Positions 8,780-19,277 of a DNA stretch of 64,000 nucleotides are shown piece after piece. The stretch's first letter is position 1. Each line of letters begins with the position of its first letter. Where the stretch lies: the IMG/VR virus record IMGVR_UViG_3300025129_000005; one strand, given 5' to 3'. The translations under genes and the position numbers were made by a program. The DNA comes from a virus (taxonomy: Duplodnaviria > Caudoviricetes). The notes under the pieces were generated by a model. It was given only the letters and a program-made list of their open reading frames with translations. It had not been told where the DNA came from and ran no database searches.

Positions 8780-11539
8780 ATGACAAGAATTTCTGAAAAG
8801 TTTAACACTGAACTTTATTTATCGGGTGCTAATGCTGGGGTTATAGAAGTACCGCCAACGTTCACAGATAATAATAACGGAACCTATGATATTAGTGATT
8901 TCACGTGTCTTTTATATGACAATGATTCACATGCGAACAGTTTATACACATATAATATAAGCACTGCAAATGGGTTTACCATGATAGGTAGGGATATTTC
9001 TGACACTCCTAACGAGGTTCGTTATTTGGTTGTAGATAATACTATCGCTGGATCTCCTGTTCTTAGAGATTTGACATATGCCGAACTATCATTGATCAAT
9101 GAATCGGATATTATTCCTGTTATAACAATGTATAACGAAGATAATACATTGATTCATTATATAGGTTGGGATACTTTAGGTAAGGGTCTCTCTAATATGA
9201 TTCATAAGAGACTTGTTAAAACCGATAGATTTAAAAGGGAATCAGGTCTCGCTTTATCTGTCACGGATCCCACAAAGTCAGTTCAAATTGGTTCAGGTCT
9301 TGTCTGGATTGGTGCCGTAGAAAATACTTTGGGTGCTTTTAGTTCGGCAACAGCCACATATAGATGGTATCATTGGCATAATAGTGGAGTAAACTTAACC
9401 GTTAATATCACTACAGTTGGTGGTGGTGGGGATGTTACTGCCGCTGCAATTAATACCGCAGGAACAGGTTATATGGCAGGTATGGATTATCCTGTTCTTG
9501 GTGGAACTGGTACAGGATTTGTAGTTACCATTGATACTGTTGGTGCCACAGGAAACGTTACGGCAATTTCAATTTCCGCTGCTGGTACTGGATATCTTGA
9601 TACAGATGATAACCTTTCTGTATACCAAGGTTGGCAGAGAATGTTGTGGACTGATGGTTCTGGAACATATAATAACTCTCACTATGATGGTGGTTCTGCT
9701 GTTGGTGTTCTTCCATTAACTAACAACTATTACACGGTCAATTGGGTATACCGTGACCTTGAAAATAGCCCTCATGCTGGATTTGTTCTTGGTGGCAACT
9801 ATCAGACGTATGCTGAGGCGCTTGCGTCACAACCAAGAACCGACCTTCCAAATGAATTTCATGTTATGTCAACTCTTGTTGGTCGTATTATTACACAAGA
9901 AGGTCTTACGGTTGCAACAAGTACAAGTTCCCTAGTAGAGAGTGCTTATGAAACTATATATTCAGGTCAACCAGTATCATTTCATAACGATTTGGGTGAA
10001 TTACAAGGTGGTACTACAAACGAGTATTATCACGTAACATCAGCACAATCCACTGGTATTGTTGCACAAAACCCAACAGTTCTTGGTGCCGATTGGCTTC
10101 ACGGTATGGGTGATGTTGCCACAACACTCGCATTTGATAATGTTACCCATATTTTCACACTATCAGGAACAAACTTCAAGTATTACTATCAAGGTAAAGA
10201 GGTAACTGTTGCCTCTTCTGTCACGATAGATTTGGATACTGCTGGTGGAATTACCTTCCCTGTACAGGGGGAATCATATTTCATCTATTTCGCTGATACT
10301 ACAGGTGTATTAACCGCATCCGAGGGGCCTTGGGATTTGAACATACATGTTCCTGTTGCACTTATTACATGGAATAGTGCCACCACAACTGGTACCGCCG
10401 CTGTATTTGATGAGAGACATGGATATAGACGTGACCTTCAATGGCATTTATGGGCACACTCAACCGTTAATACAAGGTACTTGAGTGGTTTTGTTAAGAC
10501 ACTACCTACAGGTGCTACACCTAATGACCTTAGTATAGGTGGTGGTTCGATTGCTGATGAAGATATTATTCACACTATTGGTGCCAAGACTACCGCAAGG
10601 ATTTGGTATGAGGTTTCTGCTGGTGTTTGGACGTTCAAAGATGACGTTCTTCCTTACTACGATACAACGACCCCCGGCGGTGGTAGTCCTGAATGGCCTT
10701 TGACTACTTCAGCGTATGCGTTAACTCCATTAGCCGCAGCAAAATATATGCCGACTTGGTGTTATGCTTCTCCTGATATCACTGAGCCAATATATATTAT
10801 TGTTCCGTCAATGACCTCAACAGGACTTTATAATAGTGCTACAGAGGCACGACAAGCCCCTATACCTTCTGTTCCAGAAATACAAGAAATGAAATTGTTG
10901 TATAGGTTCGTTTGGAGTAATACTGGCGCTTTAAGTTATGACGCAACACAGGATGACTTTAGAACCAGTGGTTTGATTGCTTCTGCTGGCGTATCTCAAA
11001 ATGTCTCCGCTTCACAAGTTTCTTTTGCTCCTACTGGAAATGTAACATCCATAAGTGTACAGGGTGCAATAGAAGAAATAATCAGTGATATTAGACCTAC
11101 TTATTCTGAACTGGTGATGACCACTACAGGTACCTTGACCGTGACTACCGCTGGTACATACTACGTAATGAACGATACAAACGTGACAGGCACAACCAAC
11201 TTCGTATTAGGACAAAGTGTTAATGTAACCACTAACGCAAATGCTTGTACGTTTACGATTGTTGATGCTGGTGTTTATGAAGTTATTTTTAATGCTTCAT
11301 ATAATAACACTAACGTAAACAGAGTCAATAGAGGTAGATTCTATGTAGATACAGTACAACAAACAGGTGGATTTAATAATTCTGGTACCAATACTGCTTC
11401 CGCATCACAGAATGTTATGGCGAGTCAGTATTTGAGTTTGACGGCAGGACAAGTCATTGATTTTAGATTGACTGCTGACACGTCAGGTACGGTTCAGAAT
11501 TTCACGATGGTTAATTTCAGAATCAGAAGAATCGCATAA
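8780..11539 (+). CDS. Virion fibre/spike-like structural protein with C-terminal C1q/BclA-like domain
   Basis: 919 aa, Thr/Gly/Ser-rich; repeated AGTGY motifs; HNDLGELQGG..EYYH fibre motif; C-terminal FTIVDAGVYEVIF...LSLTAGQVIDFR; SD AGGAG. Confidence 0.65.
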   Translation: MTRISEKFNTELYLSGANAGVIEVPPTFTDNNNGTYDISDFTCLLYDNDSHANSLYTYNISTANGFTMIGRDISDTPNEVRYLVVDNTIAGSPVLRDLTYAELSLINESDIIPVITMYNEDNTLIHYIGWDTLGKGLSNMIHKRLVKTDRFKRESGLALSVTDPTKSVQIGSGLVWIGAVENTLGAFSSATATYRWYHWHNSGVNLTVNITTVGGGGDVTAAAINTAGTGYMAGMDYPVLGGTGTGFVVTIDTVGATGNVTAISISAAGTGYLDTDDNLSVYQGWQRMLWTDGSGTYNNSHYDGGSAVGVLPLTNNYYTVNWVYRDLENSPHAGFVLGGNYQTYAEALASQPRTDLPNEFHVMSTLVGRIITQEGLTVATSTSSLVESAYETIYSGQPVSFHNDLGELQGGTTNEYYHVTSAQSTGIVAQNPTVLGADWLHGMGDVATTLAFDNVTHIFTLSGTNFKYYYQGKEVTVASSVTIDLDTAGGITFPVQGESYFIYFADTTGVLTASEGPWDLNIHVPVALITWNSATTTGTAAVFDERHGYRRDLQWHLWAHSTVNTRYLSGFVKTLPTGATPNDLSIGGGSIADEDIIHTIGAKTTARIWYEVSAGVWTFKDDVLPYYDTTTPGGGSPEWPLTTSAYALTPLAAAKYMPTWCYASPDITEPIYIIVPSMTSTGLYNSATEARQAPIPSVPEIQEMKLLYRFVWSNTGALSYDATQDDFRTSGLIASAGVSQNVSASQVSFAPTGNVTSISVQGAIEEIISDIRPTYSELVMTTTGTLTVTTAGTYYVMNDTNVTGTTNFVLGQSVNVTTNANACTFTIVDAGVYEVIFNASYNNTNVNRVNRGRFYVDTVQQTGGFNNSGTNTASASQNVMASQYLSLTAGQVIDFRLTADTSGTVQNFTMVNFRIRRIA

Positions 11540-11541
11540 AG

Positions 11542-11570
11542 TTTACATATCACATTTAATACGTTATACT
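11542..11570 (+). promoter_or_regulatory. Sigma70-type promoter upstream of gp47
   Basis: TTTACA-17-TATACT. Confidence 0.6.
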
Positions 11571-11606
11571 CCCTATATGGTAAAAACTGTATAGGGAGTT
11601 TTATTT

Positions 11607-12647
11607 GTGAAGAGAATTTTAGTAACTGACACCCACTTGGGTCATAAGAAGGCAAATCAGAGATATCTTGATTTAACCCTTGAATTGTTTGAAGACATAG
11701 GTAACTATGCAGAAGAGCATGACATTAAAGAGTTAATACACCTTGGTGATTTCTTCGATAATCGTAGAAATATGTCATTGATGACGCTTCATTACGCACG
11801 TAGAATTGGTCTAAACTTGCGTCATAGGTTTGACAGGTCTTATTTTATTTTAGGTAATCACGATCTTTATTATAAAGACAGATATTTGCCCAATTCCCAT
11901 GAAATTTTCTACTCCATGCCCCATATTCAAGTGGTAGATGAACTGACTGAGGTTGGTAATATGCTCCTTGTACCTTGGATTGTAGAGGGTTCTGATTGGA
12001 TTGACCCTGTAGAATTCTTAAAACCTCTTCATGAAACCACCAAAGAATATTGTCTTGGTCATTGGGAAATCAATGGTGCCAAGATGAACGTATCAGGTCG
12101 TGTGGCAGAGGGAAGTAAGTTCAGTTGTACCGATTTTAGAAAGTTTAAGAAGACCTTTTCTGGTCACTTTCATACCCCCGGCACATATCCCATGAATATT
12201 CAGTACTTAGGTGCATCACACCACATGGATTTTAACGATTCAGGTCCGAGGGGGTGGTATGTATTTGATGATGAGGATGGTTCCCTTGAGTTCATTCGTT
12301 GGGATAAATCCCCGAAGTATATCAAATGGAGAGCATTACCTGACAATATCGTTCAGGGTGAATTTACCGACCAAATTGTTAAGATTGTCTTTGATGAGGA
12401 TTATGGCACAACAATAAATAACCAAATAATTTCAGATGTTTATGGTACCAATCCCCTACAGGTATTCACTGAGTACAAGTTTACGAAAGTGACCACAGAT
12501 GATACAGTAGAGGAAGAATTGGAATTGTCTGGTCCTGTAGAGGTCCATAAGGGATTTGTTGAGAAGTCAGAGGTTCCTAAACACCTTAGTAAAAAGATTC
12601 TATCTAAGTTTATCGACCAAATTTATGAGGAAGTCAATGCCCAGTAG
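11607..12647 (+). CDS. gp47: Recombination endonuclease subunit (Mre11/SbcD-like, T4 gp47)
   Basis: DTHLG, HLGDFFD, LGNHD, GHWE, FSGHFH metallophosphoesterase motifs; gp46 lies downstream. Confidence 0.9.
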   Translation: MKRILVTDTHLGHKKANQRYLDLTLELFEDIGNYAEEHDIKELIHLGDFFDNRRNMSLMTLHYARRIGLNLRHRFDRSYFILGNHDLYYKDRYLPNSHEIFYSMPHIQVVDELTEVGNMLLVPWIVEGSDWIDPVEFLKPLHETTKEYCLGHWEINGAKMNVSGRVAEGSKFSCTDFRKFKKTFSGHFHTPGTYPMNIQYLGASHHMDFNDSGPRGWYVFDDEDGSLEFIRWDKSPKYIKWRALPDNIVQGEFTDQIVKIVFDEDYGTTINNQIISDVYGTNPLQVFTEYKFTKVTTDDTVEEELELSGPVEVHKGFVEKSEVPKHLSKKILSKFIDQIYEEVNAQ

Positions 12648-13266
12648 AATGATACACGATATTTTACATCAAATTCTTGAGACAAGTGATGTGGAAATGC
12701 GTCACGAATCACAACGAACAACACGTACAAGTGGTGATTATTTTCAAAATTTGTATATGGGTGCATTTAGACCCCAATTGATATTGAGAAGGGTGGTCAG
12801 ACATAGTGAAATTAAAAACCTTCCCGCAGATGTGTACACGGAATTGTTAGATTTGTTTCAAAGAATGGTCAGAACTGGCGAACCAGTTAATATCAGTAGA
12901 AGATTCCGTGATGTGAGACTTTCAAGAGCGGAAATGTTACCAAACCAACATTCATTCGAATATGATATACGACTTGAATTTGTGTTGAGTGATTTGGATG
13001 AAGACCATTGGCGTAATGAATTAGAAGAAGACTCACGTTATGTGCCGGATTGGGGTGGCCGTAGACGTAGCGCACAAGTTCAACTTGACGGTCAGGGTAG
13101 GATACACCCACGTTATTTTGGTGAATCAACAGGTGGTATTGAACCTGTTTATAATACTAAGCACCGCTACCGTGCCGCGTGGCCCGATGATGTTGAGATT
13201 TTCGGTCAAAAACCTGTAAAAAAGAAACAAGAGAAACACTTTGAGGATGACCTGTTTGAATTATGA
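12637..13266 (+). CDS. Hypothetical protein
   Basis: ATG at 12637 after GAGG; ends with the HFEDDLFEL tail shared with several ORFs here. Confidence 0.6.
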   Translation: MPSRMIHDILHQILETSDVEMRHESQRTTRTSGDYFQNLYMGAFRPQLILRRVVRHSEIKNLPADVYTELLDLFQRMVRTGEPVNISRRFRDVRLSRAEMLPNQHSFEYDIRLEFVLSDLDEDHWRNELEEDSRYVPDWGGRRRSAQVQLDGQGRIHPRYFGESTGGIEPVYNTKHRYRAAWPDDVEIFGQKPVKKKQEKHFEDDLFEL

Positions 13267-13838
13267 AAAGATATGTATACAGAAATCACCAACAATGTAC
13301 ATGTCCTACCAGACGTGAGATACGGGAAGCAGTTCATAATGATATGAACGAAAGACCACAACCGATGAGTCAGATTGTGGTTCCAGTTATACCGAGTATG
13401 CCACCCGCTAGTCTTGAACATATGAGATATGATGTTGGTGACTCGTTCAGGATGACAAGATATATTTTTGAAACAGTGTGTTTCACAACTGCTATATGGG
13501 TAGAAGAACATGTAGAGAACGGTGTTTCATGTGGTCATTACACTACACACCACAGTTACTTTCAGGTTCCCGAAGGGGTGGAGTTACCACAAACAGAGTT
13601 GTTGAATGAAGGTCATTCTTTTCATGACGAACATATTGAAGTATACCGAGGGTTGGATGGCGAAGCATATTATAGATACAGAATGTTTGAACTGGAAAGA
13701 CGATTAAGAGAACTGGAAGATACAAGAGTTATACTTCCTAGAGAAGATATTGATGATATACACGCAGGTAGAGCGATTATTGATAATCAACCTGTACGTC
13801 TGGAGTATTTTGAAGATGATGAAATTTTTAACATCTAA
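13263..13838 (+). CDS. Hypothetical protein
   Basis: Coupled ORF; ends YFEDDEIFNI. Confidence 0.6.
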   Translation: MKRYVYRNHQQCTCPTRREIREAVHNDMNERPQPMSQIVVPVIPSMPPASLEHMRYDVGDSFRMTRYIFETVCFTTAIWVEEHVENGVSCGHYTTHHSYFQVPEGVELPQTELLNEGHSFHDEHIEVYRGLDGEAYYRYRMFELERRLRELEDTRVILPREDIDDIHAGRAIIDNQPVRLEYFEDDEIFNI

Positions 13839-14022
13839 AAGATGGCAAACAATTAAAGATTGGTGTTGGTGGAAATTTGTGATTAAGGAAGATGAATTTC
13901 ATCACAGTTTGAGTATAGACATGATTAAGGTCTTAAATGGTAAGACGACATTAGATGCAGAGTTAAAACGTATCGAGCCTCTTCGTGAGAGGGCGCATAA
14001 ATTAGATTTAAAATGGGGTTAA
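13816..14022 (+). CDS. Hypothetical protein
   Basis: MMKFLTSKRW start with upstream GGAG. Confidence 0.5.
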   Translation: MMKFLTSKRWQTIKDWCWWKFVIKEDEFHHSLSIDMIKVLNGKTTLDAELKRIEPLRERAHKLDLKWG

Positions 14023-14024
14023 TA

Positions 14025-14363
14025 ATGACAGATAATGTGAGTTGTGACGTATGTGGTGCCACAGAAGACATTGAGTGTGAGATTCTATTGAAAGGTGAAC
14101 AGGTAGATAGAATTTATCACCTATGTCCTGAACATTGGATTAAGGTTTACAGGAAAACTTTGGAAGATTTTTTGGAAGCAAACGAGTATAAATGTAATTC
14201 GTATATTAAAATGGCGGTGGACAAGTTGATTTCTGATGCAGTAACCAGTACAAAAATTAAGCAATTTTCCGATGAAGATGGTTTGGTTGATGTTGCACGT
14301 CTTGACCCACAAGAACTAAGAAGATTGCGTCCATATGAAATTGATGATGAGGATGATATATGA
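14025..14363 (+). CDS. Hypothetical Zn-finger protein
   Basis: CDVC...LCPEH. Confidence 0.55.
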   Translation: MTDNVSCDVCGATEDIECEILLKGEQVDRIYHLCPEHWIKVYRKTLEDFLEANEYKCNSYIKMAVDKLISDAVTSTKIKQFSDEDGLVDVARLDPQELRRLRPYEIDDEDDI

Positions 14364-14863
14364 GTAATTATCATAAACATGCAATAGAGGAAATGAAGAG
14401 GATAGGATTCAGGTTTGTTGAAGATGGCTATCCAATTCAAGACCCAAATGAAGAATTTGATGTGAATGCGGAAATGGCTATGTGTGTCTTGGATATTCTT
14501 GATGTGTTTGGTAAACAAGGTCATTCAGGTATGTCAGCGTCATATTGTTTGCAGATTCTTGAGAAGGTCATGAAGTTTGAGCCTATAACACCCCTAACAG
14601 GTGATGATGATGAGTGGAATTGTATTGCTGATGAACGTACCAATGGTGAAGAGATTTATCAAAATAAGCGATGTTCACACGTTTTCAAAAGGAACGGACA
14701 AGCGTATGATATAGATGGTAAGGTGTTTTGGGAATGGTATACTGATGGGGTAACTGGCGAGAGACATAAAACTTATTATACCTGTTCAGAGAGTCATGTA
14801 GACATAGAGTTTCCGTATACACCAACAAGAGTTGAAGAATATATGGAGAGTGGTTGTGAGTGA
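14360..14863 (+). CDS. Conserved phage hypothetical protein
   Basis: QGHSGMSA, PITPLTGDDDEW, YQNKRCSHVFK motifs seen in many phages. Confidence 0.65.
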   Translation: MSNYHKHAIEEMKRIGFRFVEDGYPIQDPNEEFDVNAEMAMCVLDILDVFGKQGHSGMSASYCLQILEKVMKFEPITPLTGDDDEWNCIADERTNGEEIYQNKRCSHVFKRNGQAYDIDGKVFWEWYTDGVTGERHKTYYTCSESHVDIEFPYTPTRVEEYMESGCE

Positions 14864-15047
14864 AGATGTTCAAGTATTTAAAATATGTGACAACGAAGGA
14901 TCAACAGTTTATCTTGAGCATGACGAAAATGTTATGAGAATACTGCAAGGTTTTGTTGACTGGGCCGAACCAAAACAAAAAATGATCGTTGAGGTTGTCG
15001 TGGTATCCAGAGAAGATTTGAATAAATTGCCAAGGAGTATGATCTAA
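14856..15047 (+). CDS. Hypothetical protein
   Basis: GTG start after GGAG, coupled to gp46. Confidence 0.5.
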   Translation: MSEDVQVFKICDNEGSTVYLEHDENVMRILQGFVDWAEPKQKMIVEVVVVSREDLNKLPRSMI

Positions 15048-17263
15048 TGGGCAAAATAAACGTTGATAAGGTTGAATTAAAAAATTTCCTGTCATATGGG
15101 AATCAGTGGACAGTTTTTGATTTCCAGACAGGAATTAACGTTGTTCTTGGTCACGATAAAGATAAAGAACGATCAAATGGTGCTGGTAAGACCAGTTTTC
15201 TAGAGGCTATTCCCTTTGCTCTGTTTGGTCAGATTAATAAAGGTATATCATTACCGAAAATTGTGAATTGGCGAAACGGTAAACAATGTGAGGTAAAACT
15301 TCACTTCCGTAAGGATGGTGTGTCTTACATGATCCACCGTGGAATTAAGCCCGGAATCTTAACATTGTTTAAAGATGGTGTTGAGGTTCCAAAATTATCC
15401 GATAAGAGGTTGTTTCAGGCAGAACTTGAAGATGATTTGATTGGTATGGACTTTAAAGCCGCACAAGCACTCTTGTTTCAGAATGCTAATAACATGGTTT
15501 CGATGTTTAATACTCCAAAGGCAGACAAACGTAGATTTGTTGAGAAGTTCTTTAATCTTGAGATTTATTCTAAGGCAACAGAGGTCACCAATAAGAAGCT
15601 GAAAGGTGTTGATGACAAGATTTCAGAGATTAGGGTAGATGTGTCATATAAACAGAAGTCAATAGATGACCTCACCGCTAAGATAGAGTCATTTGTGGCA
15701 CCTGATTTGGATGTATATCAAGGTAAAGTGGTATCTATTCAAACATTATATGACACATTCACGGAAAATAATCCAGACCTTGAAGAACGTTTGAAAAATT
15801 TAAACAATTTATGCACAGAGTTGACCAAGAAGCGAGATGAACTGAATACTAAGGTTTCAAAAACCAAAGAGAAGCTTGGTGATGTGCGTCTTGAGGTTCG
15901 AGCATTAGAAACGGAAGCAACAACGAAACGTCAGCGTATAGAAAAGATCGGTGATTTATCGGAACAGACAGATAAACTTATTAGGGTTAAGAGTGAGTTA
16001 ATTAAGCTTTCAGACCTTAATAGAGAACCCACTAAAACTGAAATTGATAATCTTCTTGATGAATTGGGTAAACAAAAACAACTTCTAACGGAATGTAATA
16101 CTTACATTCGCCAATACAAGAATGAGATTGAAAGCTTTGAAAATATGGAGACAACATCTGAATCGGTATGTCCCACTTGTTTTCGAGAAGTTGATCATGA
16201 ACATATTAAAAACCATATCGAGTCACAAGTTGCGGGACTGAAACAAGAATTAGTTATTAAAAATGGTCATTTGTCTAACATTGAAGAGAATATCATCGAA
16301 CTTAGCCACAAACACAAAGAAAAAAGTGATCTTCTTGATGGTATAAACTATAAGATTGAACAAAAAAATAAGTTAGAACAAGCACTTGCAAAACTATCAG
16401 GTGTTGAAGAAAAAGAGATAGAACTATCAGAGTTAAAAGTTCGTATTGATGAGATTGACACAGTTATTCTACCAGAGTATCGTGATAAAGAATCTGCGTT
16501 GGTTGCTCAGATTGAAGCGGAAGATCTGGAATATAAGGATTCATTACTTGAAGTTAACAATAACAATGCACTTATTGATAAATGTAAAGACACTATAAGA
16601 GAACGAGATAAGTTGTTGAATGAACTTGATACTGCTACGAGTATCCTTGATAATCAAAAGGAAATCCATGACAGGTTGATTGGTGAAAATGAAGCAAATA
16701 TTGCGACTAAAGTAAAACTTGAGTCCGAGATTGTATCTACCCAAGCCGAAGTTAGAAAATTAGAAATAATGAAGGATTACCTAGAGCATATCAAGTTCAC
16801 CTTAAAAGACGAGAATGTTAAACAATATGCTATTAGTAGTATTATCCCGTACTTACAGCAACAGATGAACCATTATCTCTCCGAGACAGGGAATTACTAC
16901 GTTGAGTTGGATAACTGGTTGGACGGAACGATTAAAGGTTTTGGTGTCGGTGAATGTGACTTTGGAAATATGTCAGGTGGAGAGGGTAAGTCTATTGACC
17001 TCGCGTTAAAATTCGCTATGATGGATGTTGCACGTAGACAAGCTGGATCATATCTTGATATTCTAGTACTAGATGAACTATTGGACAGTTCTATAGATAG
17101 TCATGGTTTAGATAAAATGATGGATATTGTCAGAATGAAACAAAGAGAAGACAACTTGAAGGTCTTTATCGTCTCTCATAGAGAGGAAGTTGCATCTTTT
17201 GATGCCGACAGAACATTTGTTGTGGAAAAAGAGCAAGGAATGTCCAATATTAGGGAATTATAA
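15047..17263 (+). CDS. gp46: Recombination ATPase subunit (Rad50/SbcC-like, T4 gp46)
   Basis: KNFLSYGN, NGAGKTS Walker A, coiled coil with CPTC zinc hook, MSGGE signature, LVLDELLDSS, VSH. Confidence 0.92.
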   Translation: MGKINVDKVELKNFLSYGNQWTVFDFQTGINVVLGHDKDKERSNGAGKTSFLEAIPFALFGQINKGISLPKIVNWRNGKQCEVKLHFRKDGVSYMIHRGIKPGILTLFKDGVEVPKLSDKRLFQAELEDDLIGMDFKAAQALLFQNANNMVSMFNTPKADKRRFVEKFFNLEIYSKATEVTNKKLKGVDDKISEIRVDVSYKQKSIDDLTAKIESFVAPDLDVYQGKVVSIQTLYDTFTENNPDLEERLKNLNNLCTELTKKRDELNTKVSKTKEKLGDVRLEVRALETEATTKRQRIEKIGDLSEQTDKLIRVKSELIKLSDLNREPTKTEIDNLLDELGKQKQLLTECNTYIRQYKNEIESFENMETTSESVCPTCFREVDHEHIKNHIESQVAGLKQELVIKNGHLSNIEENIIELSHKHKEKSDLLDGINYKIEQKNKLEQALAKLSGVEEKEIELSELKVRIDEIDTVILPEYRDKESALVAQIEAEDLEYKDSLLEVNNNNALIDKCKDTIRERDKLLNELDTATSILDNQKEIHDRLIGENEANIATKVKLESEIVSTQAEVRKLEIMKDYLEHIKFTLKDENVKQYAISSIIPYLQQQMNHYLSETGNYYVELDNWLDGTIKGFGVGECDFGNMSGGEGKSIDLALKFAMMDVARRQAGSYLDILVLDELLDSSIDSHGLDKMMDIVRMKQREDNLKVFIVSHREEVASFDADRTFVVEKEQGMSNIREL

Positions 17264-17325
17264 TGGGTGTGGATAAAAAGACCATAGATGCAAAAAAATG
17301 TTGAGTGGGAGGATCTATTTGAGAT

Positions 17326-17591
17326 ATGAATAACTTCAAGAATGAAGATGATTGGGATTTTTTTTTAATAACATCTTTGATAGTTACACAGAAGATGATT
17401 GGGGGATAATAGATAAAGTTGAGTATGGTAGCTGTTGTCTTAGAGAGTCACCGTTTGTCTCTATTGAGGGTATTCAGAAACAAATTGACAGTATCGAGTG
17501 TCCAACTGCTTTGGTATACTATGTACTTGTTGAAAATGGGGAAGTGTACATAAAACATCGTGCATTGGAGGTAGAATTATATCATGAGTGA
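17326..17591 (+). CDS. Hypothetical protein broken at a T9 run (17358-17366)
   Basis: ATG 17326 frame (MNNFKNEDDWDFF) joins ORF17352 if one T is added. Confidence 0.45.
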
Positions 17592-17745
17592 AGAAGAGAG
17601 ATTATTAAGAGAGTTGATGTATACAATACGAATTGCACATCTTGATATGTCAGGAAAACACAGATATGCTCTTAACCACAAATCACATCATTTGATTAAT
17701 GAAATTAAAATTTATCTTTATGAGAAGGATACGAAAAAAGAGTGA
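17584..17745 (+). CDS. Small hypothetical protein
   Basis: MSEEERLL..., 53 codons, overlaps the previous stop. Confidence 0.45.
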   Translation: MSEEERLLRELMYTIRIAHLDMSGKHRYALNHKSHHLINEIKIYLYEKDTKKE

Positions 17746-17903
17746 GTTCTACCAATAGAGGTGGTGCTACTGACTCCATTGAATATCAACATTGTGTATG
17801 ACAAAAAGGGTATCATCCAGAATTTACATAATTAAAGATTTTATGGGGATTGTATTAACAAACAATCTATTTTTTGGTATTATGGTTTTGAGAGGATAGA
17901 ATA

Positions 17904-18170
17904 ATGTATACAGCACTGTATTTACCCGCAAGTTATGACTATGACCCTACACGATCAGGATTTATTTCAGAAGATAAAGCTATTGATTTTGTTGTAAAAA
18001 ATCACCTATGTCATTGCTGTGAAGATGAGGGGTGGGGGTCTGCGTGTGCATCAGAATGGATTATTATCAAAACCGATGAAATGGGAATGTGTGAGACTGT
18101 CGGTGATATTTTTGATGCAGCAGGATATACGAGAGTGGAAAACTGTCTTGATGTTAAGGATCGCGAATGA
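17904..18170 (+). CDS. Hypothetical protein
   Basis: SD GAGGA; ORF track. Confidence 0.55.
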   Translation: MYTALYLPASYDYDPTRSGFISEDKAIDFVVKNHLCHCCEDEGWGSACASEWIIIKTDEMGMCETVGDIFDAAGYTRVENCLDVKDRE

Positions 18171-18589
18171 AATGTGTAATTGCCGGAAGTAGAGATTTAG
18201 GAACTTATCGTGATAAGGAAAATCGAAGAATTCAGATGTCTTTGATCGATTGTCCTTGGTTTGAAGAGGCCATGGGACAGTTTGATTGGAAAGACCGTAT
18301 CACAGAAATAGTTAGCGGTGCTGCACTTGGTGTTGACACTTTGGGTGAACAATATGCCGATAAGTATGGTATAGAGAAAAGTATTTTTCCTGCTAAATGG
18401 TCAGAATTTGGTCGTCGAGCAGGATCGCTTCGTAATGAAGATATGGCAAAGTATGCAGATGTGGCAGTTGTCATGATGGTCAAAGGTGGTTCTACGGGTT
18501 CCAAGGATATGATTGATCGAATGATGCGAAAAAATAAACCTTATATGGCATTTGAAGTAATAGGAGGAGTTCCTTGTCAAGTCAAATAG
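18167..18589 (+). CDS. SLOG-superfamily protein (DUF2493/YspA-like)
   Basis: VIAGSR, IVSGAALGVD, AGSLRNEDM, GSTGSKDMI. Confidence 0.8.
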   Translation: MKCVIAGSRDLGTYRDKENRRIQMSLIDCPWFEEAMGQFDWKDRITEIVSGAALGVDTLGEQYADKYGIEKSIFPAKWSEFGRRAGSLRNEDMAKYADVAVVMMVKGGSTGSKDMIDRMMRKNKPYMAFEVIGGVPCQVK

Positions 18590-18966
18590 AAGAATTGGCC
18601 GAATATGATGATGGTAGTAAAGTATGGAGAACAAGTTGTTCTTGTATGGGTGATGACCATTTAACGTTTACCGTCGCCACAGATGACGAATATCCAGAGG
18701 TCTATTTGGAGTTTTGGGTGGATGTTGGTGACAGCTATCGTGTATGGGAAAATGATAAATCTTTCCGTTGGTTCAGGTGTATGTTGGAGAGGATTAAGGT
18801 TGCCTGTAGGGTTATTTTCCAAGGTCATGTAAAGATGAATGGTGCCTTTATATTTCGTGGTGCCAAACAAATTGATGAACTTACTGAAACTATTCAAACA
18901 CATAAAGAGTTTCTAATTAAAAAACTTAAAGAAAAAAACTATAAAACCGTAACAAAGGAAAACTAA
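18574..18966 (+). CDS. Hypothetical protein
   Basis: TTG start with AGGAGG SD. Confidence 0.6.
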   Translation: MSSQIEELAEYDDGSKVWRTSCSCMGDDHLTFTVATDDEYPEVYLEFWVDVGDSYRVWENDKSFRWFRCMLERIKVACRVIFQGHVKMNGAFIFRGAKQIDELTETIQTHKEFLIKKLKEKNYKTVTKEN

Positions 18967-19277
18967 TGGAACAAAACCCATGTAAAGAAATAAACCTTGG
19001 TGACAAGACTGAGGTGGTTGCCGAGAAACATATCATTGAAGTTATTGGTCAGATTTCTCAGAAAGATTTGGATGATGGAACAGTTTTGATATTCCGTATC
19101 GATGATAGAAAATATTCAAGTGCTGTATTGAATAGGGTTGCTGAGAGCATCAAAAAAGCATGTATTGATACGTTTCAGGGACAAATTAAGGCTATGATTC
19201 TACCTTCATCGATAGAAGTTCAAATATTAAGAGATATTTTAAATCATTCCATAAAACAAGGAGAAGATAATGAGTAG
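18966..19277 (+). CDS. Hypothetical protein
   Basis: Coupled ORF. Confidence 0.55.
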   Translation: MEQNPCKEINLGDKTEVVAEKHIIEVIGQISQKDLDDGTVLIFRIDDRKYSSAVLNRVAESIKKACIDTFQGQIKAMILPSSIEVQILRDILNHSIKQGEDNE

